Shown piece after piece: positions 24,782-38,165 of a stretch of DNA of 64,000 nucleotides. Each line of letters opens with the position of its first letter. Within the stretch, counting starts at the first letter, position 1. The notes under the pieces were generated by a model that was given only the letters and a program-made list of their open reading frames with translations, was not told the origin of the DNA and ran no database searches. A program made the translations under genes and the position numbers. Location of the stretch: positions 1,189,429 to 1,253,428 of the forward strand of contig NMRA01000055.1 of the NCBI GenBank assembly GCA_002633005.1, given 5' to 3'. This stretch comes from Phoronis australis. Lineage: Eukaryota > Animalia > Phoronida.

Positions 24782-25014
24782 AATCATCTTCAAGAAGAAA
24801 ACATTCGATACCCGACCTTGACGCACGTGCTAGAAGCCTGCTGAAATACGGTAGTCGTTCGCCTTGGGACAGAGGCAAGAAGGAAAGAAAGCGTGATTCA
24901 AACGAATCTCCAAAATATAACCCAGATGGTGTTATTACGGCACGCCATCTGACAAAAGCCGTGTCAGTAGACGATGAGGGCTATAAAGCCATTCGACAGT
25001 TGATTTACCCATAA
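24782..25014 (+). CDS. TIR-ZU5-UPA protein A, exon 7 (terminal; total 587 aa)
   Basis: ttgttccag|AA; ESSSRRKHSIPDLDARARSLLKYG...SPKYNPDGVITARHLTKAVSVDDEGYKAIRQLIYP*. Summed CDS is 1764 nt with no internal stop. Confidence 0.82.
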
Positions 25015-27005
25015 TTGCATCTTTTGACAAGTGAATATAACTGACTTTCGGAATAGCCGTGCCATATTGAAAATAATTTTCCCGCCAGGCGGCCATCACG
25101 TCTTAATTGGTCGATAAGCCTTCAGCGCCACCTACAGATCCCATGTAATGCGGACGAGAGGTTTCAACAGTGGTGTAAACAACATTTTAACACCTTTCCG
25201 GATGTGCAATTGCATGTACTAATGGCTTACCCATAGGCAAACCTCTTGAACTATCCGTAGAGGATGGACGTCATGTCGCATACATTTCTAACTGCCATGA
25301 AGAATTCGCGGTTGCATACATGTAGCCAGTTCTTCGAGTGGTCCTACTGGCTGGCGATGTCAACTTAGGCTAAACTAATTTAGTCAACTTAACCCCGCTA
25401 ATCAAACGATAATTAATTGAAAATGAGAATTCTTCCTCTATGATTATCAAATTAATAACCCATTATAGACCTGCGGATTTAAGGGGGCTAATGATCCATG
25501 CCCCCCCCCTCAATTTTCCCAGATTCCATTTGGCAATTCAGGGTTGCCAATGTCTGATGGGCAGAATTCTAGCTAATAGTCTGGTGTACCCCCAACTGAA
25601 AATCCTGGATTCGCCCCTGTTATATGTAGCATTGAACTTTGGTTCACATAATCAAAGTCGGGATCAAGCCGAATCCTCTTTTTCGCTCTCATTACTCACT
25701 GAGAGCGCCAATATGAAAACCCTTATTACTCGTCTGACATAAAAATCTTAATGTCTAGTGTTTTTATACTTCAAGGCGGAGAGGAAGGCTGAATCAAAAG
25801 GCAGTTCCGCCGCTTATTAATGCAAATGTTCACAAAGGGCAACGTCCACGTCAGCTGTCTTACCCAGTATTTATCGTTGTATGACAAAAAACTGTAAAAA
25901 AGACTATTTTTCCGGCCAATTAAGAGGGATCATCATGAGAGAACAGTCCCAAACGGCGGTTACGATGACAGATCTACAAATACAGATGGAGTACGATCAA
26001 ATGCTGAGGAGGGTTTGCTTTTCAGGAGGTGAATCAGCCCATGAACACTGTATACACGTGTAATCCAATCACAGTGTTGTCAGTGTCATGCTTGTGCTGA
26101 AGCTGGATTTAATGTGCGTCCGTGTACGGCGTAAGCAAGGTGTAGAATCGGACATTTCGATAGAGTCATAGTTAAATCAAACCTTATATACAATGCAATA
26201 TTTTTGTACTTTCAGTGTATTTTGTTTAATGTGTGCATCAATACATCAGATAATTCTTATTTTCCTCGTACCATATTCAACCGGTTCATGTCCCAGTCAG
26301 AGCACCAGATAGATTTTGAATATGAAAGAGCGAATCAGCCACGGGTCTCGATCTATTTACTGAGATGTCTGAACGTTGACGTTATTTCACGTGAATGACC
26401 CCCCGGCATAACCAATGGAACAACGTTACTTTAGCATTCTTGCTGTTACGAATATCTCATTGACCGACTACATGTATTTATGTGATAATCGACTTTCAAG
26501 CCACCTCAGTTTAGGCGTACTCATTTTTCGTTAGTCAGTTTCATTTTTCTTTGGATGGGCAGCATTTTGCAATTTTTAAAAAGGTCAGTTGGAAAAATTC
26601 AGATCAACATCATACGTTTCAGTTTTTGTTGCGGATGTTGAGCCAGTGTAGAGGCTGTTTATTTATGCAGTGGCGGATTTAGAGGGGGCCACGGGGCCAT
26701 GGCCCCCCTAAAATTGTCCCAGATTCTGTTTGGAAGTTCAGGGGTACGAATGTCTGACGGGCCAAATCCTGACTAATACTCTGCCCTGGCTCCCCTAACT
26801 CAAGATTCTGGATCCACTTTTGTTCTGCATGTAAAGATACGCTTCCTTCACTACTCACGCATCACTGATTTTTCTTTTAATTTTTCGCTAAAAGTATTGT
26901 CTGTTCAGAGATGACTGTCTAGGAAAGATAATTGATTGTGAATGGACGTTGGAATCACGACTGTATATACACGCGTTAGCGCATGCAAACACGTACATTC
27001 ATGCC

Positions 27006-27330
27006 AGTGGCGGATTTAGGGGGGGGGGGGGCAAGGGGGCCATGGCCCCCCTAAAATTCTACCAGATCCCATTTGTGAGTTCGGGTGCGAATTGTTGACT
27101 AGCACATGCGCGCAACCAGGGGGGCTTGGGGATGAATAAACAACGCATACGCCATGAATAAACCCCGTTTACCGTTTAATTTTTCTTTTTTTTAGTCAAC
27201 AGGTACGCAAACCCAAGAATTCGAGACCCCTGCATCCCTAGATTTTAGGCTGGGCTCGCGCGTCTACCGAAATACTGCTTATTCCTGTGCCCTGGCCTCC
27301 CTAACTCAAAATCCTGGATCCGCCCCTTCA
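27006..27330. mobile_element. CAGTGGCGGAT-type MITE family (also ~21811-22055, ~25470-25620, ~26668-26820, inverted ~55967-56238)
   Basis: Recurrent cagtggcggatttag-G(n)...ggatccgcccc termini. Confidence 0.7.
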
Positions 27331-28117
27331 TGCAAGGCTTGCTGATATTGATTGAATCATCACAGGCGGATATCGGTGTTGACAATACAAAGAAAAGTTA
27401 GAGAGATTCTGCTCAACCTAATATCTCACCTAAAACTGTTACTAATGATATATCAGAAGAGTTGTATCCTGTTAAGTAACAGTTATTTAAATCAGACTTA
27501 AGGGCAAAATTGTGGGAGGCCTCAGTGTTTTATTGAATCAGGCTGCAGTTGTCAAGATTATTTCAAAGACAAAGAATGCACATAATTCAAGACTCGGTCA
27601 GAAACAGATAATTTCATACCTTGGCAATAAGAAGTCTTGTACGACCTGATTTTAACTCGTTTAGTTTACAGCACTTATGAAATTCACAAATACCCTCTAC
27701 GGCGCGGTTGACACGACAGAAAAACGCTGTTGACATACCATTTTGATGTTTTATTTGCCATGAAAAGAACCCTAAGTCGATACTCTAACCGGTCGAGTTG
27801 TGCACCTCAGAATCTACCGGTTAAGATCAAAGATATCATGTTGTTGTTGTTAATTAATTCGTCTCAGACTGTTGATGTTATCATTCTCTAAATAATGAGA
27901 CCCATCACAAATTAACACTTTGGGGAATACGATAGTATTTTTAAATTTTCGTTTTGAAAGTTTGTAAATGGCATATTTGAATAGTTCGTGAAAAGCACAC
28001 GTAATTAGGTTTATGAATTTTGGAAATTGGACGAGTAATGTGACTTTTGCTACCTAAAACGTTTGTTAAATGTTCCAATAATATGTTCCTCATCAATTCT
28101 ACTGGGTGTGCAACATA

Positions 28118-29572
28118 ATTGGGCCAAGTACCCAACTACCAGGTAGCAGTTGGATTCTGAGGTACAATAGGCCGTTCGGTTTGCCTCATTCTGGAGAGTT
28201 ATTTTTATGTCCTTCACATGACACCGCGTCAAATAAAAATCTAGGCTTCAAATCAGCAGGACGTGAAGGGTCTCTGGGTCACAGAGACTATCCGTCATTT
28301 CCAGAGAGTCGTTTGATTTGTAGGTAGTTCTCCCATACTGTTGAAATTACTGCGCATTATTGACAGCCGCCGTTGTTTGCCAACAGTTTGGAAGTACCAC
28401 GAAGAGACGCTTTATAGTTTCCGTAACTGCACGTTCACTTTCATCCTCCAACCAGAATGGCCTAATGAGCCCATGTTTCGATCTTGTCAGGTGATCGTTA
28501 TACTATTTAGTAGTGGAATGAAGTGGCCTCTGAGTTCATGTGTTTAGACAATAAAACAGAGCTTCATCAGACTACCATGGGTGACGCACCATAGGGCGCG
28601 GGGTGGGGGACTATAGCTCCCCACTTCTTTTAGTGACATAGGCGGCGCACCATAGGAGCCTTTGGGGCTATATCCTCCACTTATTTTATTGCTGTGCCCC
28701 CATGAATACCATTTGTCATCCAAGAAGTCGGGCCACAACAATCATCTCAGTTTGTCTCAACATGCATGCACGTTTCCGCAGAAAACGTTATTTCTGCAAC
28801 TGTTCAAAGCATCTTGTAAAAAACCTGCTCAAAACGTTCACACAGGTGCATGCGCACACACATGGGGGGGGGGCTCGAAGGAGTCCCCCCATTTGGCGAA
28901 GTGGGCATAAAGGTCCGCCCCTGAGAAACAAAAAGTACGAGAAAATGGTACAAAAGGGCACTAAATAAGCAAAAAAAGGTGCACCCGGTTTTTTATTTTT
29001 ATTTTTTTTAGTTCGCCCGCTTTTTCGTTACCAAGAGGTCCACTACGTCAGAAATCCGAGCCCCCCCATATTGAAGGCTGGGTGCGCGCATGCAGGTGTA
29101 CACTGGTTTTCCTAATCAAAACACAATTGTTGACGTGTTCATGTGCGTCATGTTTTTGGTCACCCGATACATGTACATGTACATAGATGTATTATCGCCA
29201 CGGTCATTTCAAAGGTCAATCAGTCTTATCTATCAAGGATGGACAAAGAACAATAGGCCGATACGTCACGTTGCGATAAAATTCCCTGAATTCGGATTTA
29301 GCCGAACGTGAAAGTACTGACGCATAACTATACATTCTGTTTCTCTTGTGCTGCGTCCTCTCGACATCTAACAACAAGAAATACATATACTGTACGTCAA
29401 CCTAAGTCGGTCAACAAACGAGGCAACGTTGCGACTGCGCAGAAATGGGTGAGTAACTTACATGTATATCGACTGTGAATAGCGACAAAATTTGGTTCAC
29501 AGCTATGTGCGAATCCATAGGAATTATGTGTCACGACTCGGACAAAAATTTCGTGAAAAACGTTGTAGACGT
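28118..29572. repeat. Second near-identical duplication, copy 1 (upstream region and first ~22 codons of TIR gene B); probable allelic haplotig
   Basis: Colinear with 30067-31483; ends exactly at the N at 29573. Confidence 0.88.
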
Positions 29573-29573
29573 N

Positions 29574-30066
29574 CCATTGGGATTGGATTGTAATCTTAAC
29601 TCATTAACCTGTATCGAGTTGACAGCATAAAAATTCAGCATTGATTGATGTAACTGTCACTGATAAACTTTTAGAAATCATTCCAAACAATAATAATGCT
29701 TTGATGTACGAAAGATCTCGATTGCTACGTCAAGTATCGTATCACATATCACAACATATAAAGATTAACCAGACTCTGGCTGGCGACTGACTGCCGCGAA
29801 GTCGACATCGGCGAGTGCCTCAGTTAACAGGCATCGGTAGAATAATCATGGAATAATCGTAAAAATAATCACAAACCTTACCTTTGTATGAGGTCGTGCT
29901 TACTTCCTCTCATAGAAGCACCCTTTTTACGCAATCTCAGATTCAGTTGGCACGGCTGCAAGCCATTTCACCATGTATTTAAAGGGCTCGCAAAATCGAG
30001 GCTGTTAATCTATCACCACTAGTACACGCACGCCCTCTAGTTATTGTAGATTTTCCGAATAGCCCC
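29574..30066. mobile_element. End of a second ISL2EU/PHIS-like DNA transposon, truncated by gap
   Basis: Same terminus as 7818-7869; the empty site in the other copy is AATTG (28117-28121). Minus strand 29882-29967 reads NGLQPCQLNLRLRKKGASMRGSKHDLIQR|gtaag, a SAP-like motif. Confidence 0.55.
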
Positions 30067-31415
30067 ATTGGGCCAACCACCAAACCACCAGGCAGCAGTT
30101 GGATTCTGAGGTACAATAGGCCGGGCGGTTTACCTCATTCTGGAGAGTTATTTTTATGTCCTTCACATGACATCGCGGCAAATAAAAATCTAGGCTTCAA
30201 ATCAGCAGGACTTGAAAGGTTTCTGGGTCACAGAGACGATCCGTCATTTCCAGAGAGTCGTTTATTTGTAGGTAGTTCTTTCATACAGTTTGTACTGTTG
30301 AAATTACTGCACATTATTGACAGCCGCCGTTGTTTGCCAACAGTTTGGAAGTACCACGAAGAGACGCTTTATAGTTTCCGTGACTGCACGTTCATTTTCA
30401 TCCTCCAACCAGAATGAAGTGGCCTCCGAGTTCATGTGTTTAGACAATAAAACAGAGCTTCATCAGACTACCATGGGTGGCGCACCATAGGGCGCGGGGT
30501 GGGGGGCTATAGCTCCCCACTTCGTTTAGTGCCGCGTCGCCCATGTTCACATAGGCGGCGCACCATAGGAGCCTTGGGGGCTATATCCTCCACTTATTTT
30601 ATTGCTGTGCCCCCATGAATACCATTTGTCATCCAAGAAGTCGGGCCACAACAATCATCGCAGTTTGTCTCAACATGCATGTACGTTTCCTCAGAAAACG
30701 TTTTTTCTGCAACTGTTCAAAGCATCTTGTAAAAAACCTGCTCAAAACGTTCACACAGGTCCATGCGCACACACAAGGGGGGGGGGGGGCTCGAAGGAGT
30801 CCCCCCATTTGGCGAAGTGGGCATAAAGGTCCGCCCCTGAGAAACAAAAAAGTACGAGAAAATGGTACAAAAGGGCACTTAACAAGCACAAAAAAGGTGC
30901 ATTCAGTTTTTTATTTTGATTTTATTTTTTTAGTTCGCCCGCTTTTTCGTTACCAAGAGGCCCACTACGTCAGGAATCCACGCCCCCCATATTGAAGGCT
31001 GGGTGCGCGCATGCAGGTGTACACTGGTTTTCCTAATCAAAACACAATTGTTGACGTGTTCATGTGCGTCATGTTTTTGGTCACCCGATACATGTACATG
31101 TACATAGATGTATTATCGCCACGGTCATTTCAAAGGTCAATCAGTCTTATCTATCAAGGATGGACAAAGAACAATAGGCCGATACGTCACGTTGCGATAA
31201 AATTCCCTGAATTCGGATTTAGCCGAACGGGATAGTAGTGACGCATAACTATACATTCTGTTTCTCTTGTGCTGCGTCCTCTCGACATCTAGCAACAAGA
31301 AATGCTTATACTGTACGCCAACCTGAGTCGGTCAACAAACGAGGCAACGCTGCGACTGCGCATGTAACTTACATGTATATCGACTGTGAATAGCGACAAA
31401 ATTTGGTTAACAGCT

Positions 31416-31842
31416 ATGTGCGAATCCATAGGAATTATGTATCACGACTCGGACGAAAACTTCGTGAAAAACGTTGTAGACGTTCTTGAAGGACCATTCT
31501 TTAACTCAAACTGCGTGTTCGCCAGTCGAGACATAGCATTCAGCACTGGGCCGGTAACATTCCAGTATGAATTTTTAGAACACTTTCTGCAAAATCTCAC
31601 TAAGTTTGTGATCGTTTTATCCAACAATTTTCTCTCATCGCACCAAAGTCAGCATGATCTGGAAGCCTTCTACTGTCGCTTCGGTCAAGGAAACTGCAAA
31701 GTTGTGTTCGTGAAGAATGACGATCTGATCGACTTGCCGTTTAGGCTTCAAGCACTGGAGAACAAACAGGCAAAATTCATCAAAGCGAGTAAAGACAGAG
31801 GGCATCTCGATGTAGCCAAAGCTATCTGCAGAGCGTTATCAG
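31416..31842 (+). CDS. TIR-ZU5-UPA protein B, exon 1 (TIR domain)
   Basis: MCESIGIMYHDSD...KFVIVLSNNFLSSHQSQHDLEAF...KAICRALS; same 427-nt length and phase-1 donor as gene A exon 1. Confidence 0.88.
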
Positions 31843-34126
31843 GTAAAAATTTTCCGTTACTATTTGCATCTTTCAAGCTGTGCAGAACATACCTACTCTT
31901 TTAGATGACCCCAACAAACCCCCGCCCCTCATAACGAATAATTTCAAAGTACATTTTTCCTAGAAATATTTACTTACTAAGTGACTGATTTCTACCGATA
32001 TTTTCAAAAATAGTACGCCAAACATTATTGGCATATATAGACGCTTAGGAGAGAGCCCAGGTTGCCCGCCCCACATCCCCGAGCGTGTTAAAAACGCCGC
32101 CCATGACGGTGTTGGGGTTAAGCGAACAATTTTCTCGCTACATCCTAGTGGCGCCGCCAGTATACTAAACGATCCCTAAAAAGTTTAAAAGGCGTTTGAG
32201 ATATATGATATTATAGCCCCAAAAGCAAATAAACATTTTATCCAGGTTACGAAATGTAAGTGTTCATCAGTCTATTTAAAAATCTCTATGTTTTATTGCA
32301 AACGCGACATAGAAGTATGACCCAGGTAAACAGTAATAAACTTATCGAACTTAAAGCATAACTTGTTCCGTTAACTAAAAGAGGCAGGGAATGCGAAAGC
32401 TAGTCAAGCATAACGAAAGTACCCTCTTGCAACATCCATTAATGAGTAATTCACTTGCCCCTGTGAGGAAATTGTCAGAAAAAAATCATAAAATTCACTA
32501 TTTTTGAAATACGCGCTAAGGAAAAACTATGTGGTCACCACACAGTTTCTAATTTCCCTCCCATTTTTGATAAATGCTCGCATGCACTCATAATCAGTTG
32601 CTTGAAGTCGCTTGAAGTCAAAGATCACATTTCCATGTAAAGGAAACTTAAACCAAAAGAAAAATGCTTAAATTCTACCAACATAAATTTAAATTCTATG
32701 CTAACAAACCCTAAAATTCCCAGGTGAGCAGGTTGAATTCTGTTTCAGTGGCAAATAACGACTTACAATATTGCAATTTAGTCTGTTTATTGCGTTCCAG
32801 GCCGCTTTAAGTTAACATTTCACTGAAGATTTGAGACTCTAAACAAATTTCATAGACAAAAGGAAGCAACTCCGATATTATTCCTAAGAAATTCCTCAGG
32901 AGGCGCCACTCTCTTCCGGTACATATCGAGTTGAGCATCGACGAGTAAGCGCGTGTAGAGAACTAGCAAACAAATCAATTTTCACATTGTGGGGAGCCCG
33001 ATAAAAATTCAGATTTCAAGTAAGTGGCAAACAGCGCTTGATGTTATATTCATGTCACCAGTGGCCTACGAATACTGCTTGTATGTTTCGACATAGAACT
33101 GTGATCTTTCGGATTATTCCTGAAGATAACTTTCATCTCTAGCATCGCGACTTCGCAAAGCTGCCGATGCCAGGGTATCAGTGGACTTCAAAAGCGAGGC
33201 CACGACCTTGCAAATTACTGGATAATTACCGTCTGACATCATCGATAACAATGTGCTTCAAATTTGACCATATATCGATACAAAGTTCTCAGGAAGACAA
33301 ACGCGAAGTTTGTGACAATCATGAATACGTTGGAAATGGCTTAATTGCTACCATAAGCAATCTATTCGATATATTTCAAAAGTATTGGTTTTATCAGGCC
33401 TAGTTTTCCCGTCTACGTGCTGGGAAAACACACGTGTATTTGTTTGTTCAAATTACAAATAAAATATTCAAGATTGTAGACGAAACTTCAACGCAGTGAG
33501 AATATAGGCTACTGAACGTGTTGCCTGCCATAGCAGACATCAAATGGAATTAAGAGTAGTGAACAACTATTGTTAAAGGAGACCGATATGTGATCTTGGG
33601 AAGACCAGTCTACGGCTCATATTTAACGACCAATCACAAGCCAGAATAGATCGGAGCAATCTAGGCTCTGCAATTAATTACGGTACAATGTACTTGTTCA
33701 ATGTAAAACACCGAGCGCCGCTAGCAAATAGTTGCGATCCGGCCGATAGTAAAACCAAAAAGGCTTGTGTTTGGTGGCAACTATTGCATTGCTGGTTGCT
33801 GCTTGTGCGCGAGATAGGATATCTTGTGCAAGTGTTAGCGGTCAATAAGACGTTTATAGTCTTTGCGCAAACCTGAATTCAACGAAAACTTAATCCCACG
33901 TCATTTGATTACCATAACGTCAACTGTTGCTCAAAGACAAACATGTTTTGAAATTTGGGGTGGGTTGCATAAATCTTTAAAACTGATGAGTTGGACAGGT
34001 TTGATTGTAGCACAACTTCAAATGTCTTGTCCGACAGTTGTCTGAAGTGTCACGTGGTAATGCGACGCCACTGAACTTTGCTACCCAGCATACGACGTTT
34101 GTGTAACTGGAGCGCGGTGGTCTATC

Positions 34127-34389
34127 GGGGATCACTCATATTGACAAGGTGCCCGCAGGCGTGTACCAAAATTTGCTGCCAGAGAGACCCCCTATCGTAG
34201 GTGCCAGGTCTGCTTATTCTCACCCCCTTTTGGGGGCTGAGGCCAATGCAGTGGGTCTTTTGCGGGGACGAAATGAAAATTTAGAGGACTACTGGACCCC
34301 GCGCAGGTGCTGCAAAACTGGTTGAAAAAGTACTGCCTACCTGCAATTTTTGGTCACGCCTGCGGGCGCCTTGTCAATATGAGTGGCCC
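34127..34389. mobile_element. MITE with ~45-bp TIRs (CACTCATATTGACAAGG...CCCGCAGGCGTG)
   Basis: Left cactcatattgacaaggtgcccgcaggcgtg versus right cacgcctgcgggcgccttgtcaatatgagtg. Confidence 0.8.
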
Positions 34390-34797
34390 TTTTGGGGGTG
34401 GTCTACCAACAGAATGGCCGCTGCAGCTGAATGTCACTGCGAAACTTACTGTTTTACACTTTCATTACAAGATGTGAAGTGTTATCTGTTTGAATCATAT
34501 TCCTTTCACTTTGGCGAGAATTTCTCTGTGTCCTGAATTGGTATAAACAAAAGAAGTTTGAGACCTTACAAACACATAGCAACTGATTACAGTATGTTGC
34601 GTTGATATTCAGTTATTGCACTGCAGGCAAAGAATGTCATTTTATGAACGTGATTTATAAGCATTTGATACGAGTCGTGTCCCCTTTTAAATGCCAAGGC
34701 AAGGTTTTATGCTTTAACTCGCACGTGGGCAAACGTTTCCTGAAAAACGGAATTTGCGTTAATCTGTGGTTAGGTAATAGTATTTTGCTTGATTTAG

Positions 34798-34890
34798 ATG
34801 ACGCGGCTAGAGTGTTAGAGTTCCCGCTGCAAAGTTACACGTTTGTCTTCGGTGATAAAGAGGGCGCTGTGCACGAAGTCAGTTTGGGTG
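34798..34890 (+). CDS. TIR-ZU5-UPA protein B, exon 2
   Basis: ttgatttag|AT...G|gtgagt; DDAARVLEFPLQSYTFVFGDKEGAVHEVSLG. Confidence 0.85.
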
Positions 34891-36424
34891 GTGAGTAATG
34901 ACTGTGAACACATGATCAGTTTGTTTATTCAGAAATCATCTAGTAAAGGATCATTCAATGGCAAATAGATAAAAATTACATTTTGAGTCTCTAGACGAGT
35001 GTTGCTCTCTTTAGTCTTTTTAAATATTAAAATATTTGTAGGAAGGCCACATCATTTTTATTTAATTATCCAATTAGACGCTTTGTAACATGATTATGTT
35101 ATGTTTTTGGACTTATTGTCTTCCATCAGATTCCGAGAAAGAACTTGGTCAGAGGTGTGTTTCATGAAAAGTAACTTAAGACAGAATATTGCACTTAGGC
35201 TTAGGCTTTGTATTGCTGAATAAAATTTTGGCCACGTAATTATGAGCGCATCACAGTCTGGAAGTAATTCATAGAAAATATCTCGGTAACTAGCAGCCCA
35301 TGTGTACACTGTATGCTCTCAGCCACTTTCCACTTTTGCTCACTTGAGATTTAATTGCTTTACAAAAACGTGGAGTGCAGGACCTAATTTCTGTCTCAAG
35401 CCACTTGAAAGTCATTTTTTATGAACCAGGCCTGTAGTCACGAACCTTGAACATTTTTAAACGCGATTTACTGGCTCTAAAATGGTACGGCGTATTTACA
35501 AAGCGTATCGGAGAGATTTGAGCTAGACGCATTAACCGTTGCGTGCGAGCGAATGATCCCCCACCACCATTTCGTTGCCAATTTTTCAGAAATCCCCGTT
35601 CCTGTAGTATTGTAGTACTTTTCCACAAAAGGCGCCTGCGTGTAACGGAATATTTGACAATTGAGGTTTAAAACGGCACAAATGTGTTCAGTGCAAGTAG
35701 CGGATGCGGTATAATTGCAGTATTTTTGCACCACGCCGTAACACTACAAAAACGGCATGAAACAAAGCGAATACGGAAAAACTGCAGAGGTTGACTTGTG
35801 GGCGAAGTACTTGACTTTCACACAGCGATTTTGTGTAGCCTTACACATGTCATCCCGAGTTCTTCGCATAAATACACAGCCCAGGTGCGGAACTAGTATG
35901 ACTGTTGAGCTTGAACGTGGGCCAAATGATTAAAGTTAAGGTACAAATCCCCTTTTTATTTTTTGCAGTAATTGACATATACCTTCGCTATTCATCGTAA
36001 CTTGAGCTTGCTTAATTGTACGCGACGCTCTGGAACACGGCTCAATCACGTTTTTGGTGATCAGAGTCTGAATTTTCAGCGCGTAAGGACATGAGCGGTG
36101 TTTCTCAGTTTTCCATGAGCCAAAAGTGGAGATGCCTGGGATGTGCGAAATAACTCCACACTCTCTTAGTACAGCTGTCTTTGGGCCTTAGCGTCAAGCG
36201 GATGTACATCCACAAACTAGGAACTTGCGAAAAAATCTAAATTGGTGACAAGCTCCGTTTGTATTTATTAAAACACTTTGGTTTCCGTGTGGTTCGAATG
36301 TGGAGTAACTGGAGGTCACAATACTGATGTCTGTGTAAACAGTGAAGGATTACCCCGTTATACCTACATGTATTGCTGATACACTGCTTATGACGTCAAA
36401 CACACGCAGCTACTGACATGTAAC

Positions 36425-37001
36425 CTCGCTGGTTCCCTGCGTGCCGCTAGGTGGGGCGGTAGCCGCGCCAGCACGCAGGTATCACTTAAATTTCCTCTGT
36501 AAATTTTTTTACACCGGCGTTTCTGATTGGCTAGTCGATTCGTCAACAGGCAGCGCTTTGCGTAAACAAACTGGCATGGCTGATGGACTGAAGTGTAAAT
36601 GTGGTCTGTTGTACAGACAAACCGGTGCTTAAAATTATGTTCAGGAAATGTGAAGCCTAGAAATTGTGATTGAGCCTTTTCGGAATGCATCTTTCTACTG
36701 TCGATGACTTTTGTTTACAATAGTGTCCTTATACAGTATGAATAACACACCGTAATATGTGTTTATTGTGCATGTATGTGCTTCAAGCACGCAGCTATTA
36801 AACATCACTGCACAAACGAAATAGTTGCTGCGACGCCACTTACATGACAAGGCTAAAATCATTCACAGTCTGCCATTTTTTCACGGTGTTGTAAAGCTAA
36901 CCAATGACTGCAAAGATTACACCGACCAATGCTAAAGCGCGTGCCACTGCGTGATACCTGCGTGCGTGCTGGCTGGGCTAAGCACGCAGGGAACCAGCGA
37001 G
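36425..37001. mobile_element. Non-autonomous DNA transposon, 20-bp TIR CTCGCTGGTTCCCTGCGTGC with 9-bp flanking direct repeat (MULE-like)
   Basis: ACATGTAAC at 36416-36424 and 37002-37010; a tiny derivative lies at ~42748-42798. Confidence 0.78.
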
Positions 37002-37511
37002 ACATGTAACCTGCGCGCGGGCATTTGAGCGCGAATTACAAATGGCGAGTGAATGGCTAGACTTTTAAAAAGACGTCTGAAGATTATTGATGTCAGGAAT
37101 TTAGTATACCAGGTAATGAAAGTATGCGCGCACCCAGCCTTTAGTTTGGGAGGGCTCGAATTTCTGACCAAGTGGACCTTTTGCTAACAAAAAAGCTTGA
37201 GAACTAAATAAAGACGGGGTACCACCTTCAGCACTGGGAACTGTGAGTCTGCGCCTTTTTAGTGGACTTTTGTCTCGCTTCCACGGACTTTTGTTTCTCT
37301 GAGGCGGACCTTTTTGCCCACTTCGCCAAGGGGGGCTCGTTCAAGCCGAGCCCCCCTGGGTGCGCGCATGGAAAGGGCTAATTTGTTAGCATTGAAACCG
37401 GATTTGTACTTTTAACTGCACCAATATATCCATCACTATCTCATTTCATGAGCGAGGTTTACAAAATGTCTACATAGGGGCCTACTCTTATATACATTGT
37501 CTTTTTCAAAG

Positions 37512-37648
37512 AAGGCTGTCGCCAACATGACATTTTGGACATCCAGACTTCAGTAGTGACCTTCGTACGTGGCTCTCCAAACGCCATACTGGGCAAGGGT
37601 GTCCAACTTTGTTACTCAGGCCACAACAGACTAGATATCGTCGTTGAG
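37512..37648 (+). CDS. TIR-ZU5-UPA protein B, exon 3 (NAGNAG acceptor, alternative start 37515)
   Basis: EGCRQHDILDIQTSVVTFVRGSPNAILGKGVQLCYSGHNRLDIVVE|gtaggc. Confidence 0.85.
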
Positions 37649-37855
37649 GTAGGCATAAGTATTGTGACTTTACTTTGAAATGTCGTACTGTTTAGACATG
37701 TCTCGTTTGGTGTATCCTCCACAATTGTTTTCACCCTAGGATTGATTGATCTAACCATTTATCTGTGTTTGCAATCTAGTTATATTCCTCTGTCTTCAAG
37801 GGTTAATAGTCACACACTTTCAGAATACGAAGACGAGAGCGCTTCACGAAACACT

Positions 37856-38165
37856 ACTGCCTCCCGTTCAGGAACGCTAGGACCACGCTAAAAAGCAAGA
37901 CTTCGCGAGATTACGTGAGATATTGCCGTGCATTTTAAATAAGAACACGTGACTTTGAATAGGTTTTATCTAGGTACTAGCGTAGGTCCAGTAGCGTCTA
38001 CTGAACGCACGCCAGCCTCCCGTTCAGTAACGCTAGGACCTCGCTAAAAAGCAAGACTTCGCGAGATTACATGTACGTGAGAAATTGCCGTGTATTTTAA
38101 ATGAGAGCACGAGATCTTGACTAGATTTTAGCTAGGTCCTAGCGTCTACTGAACGCACGCCAGGC
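37856..38165. repeat. Tandem dimer of ~155-bp repeat; inverted copy at ~40676-40832, degenerate copy ~22890-22985
   Basis: Shared core cgctaaaaagcaagacttcgcgagattac...gtgaga.attgccgtg. Confidence 0.8.

Noticed and set aside
28662-31235. Repeated ORFs such as MNTICHPRSR... and MQVYTGFPNQ...
   Set aside because: They run through MITEs and upstream sequence inside the haplotype-like duplication, differ by frameshifts and have no protein features.
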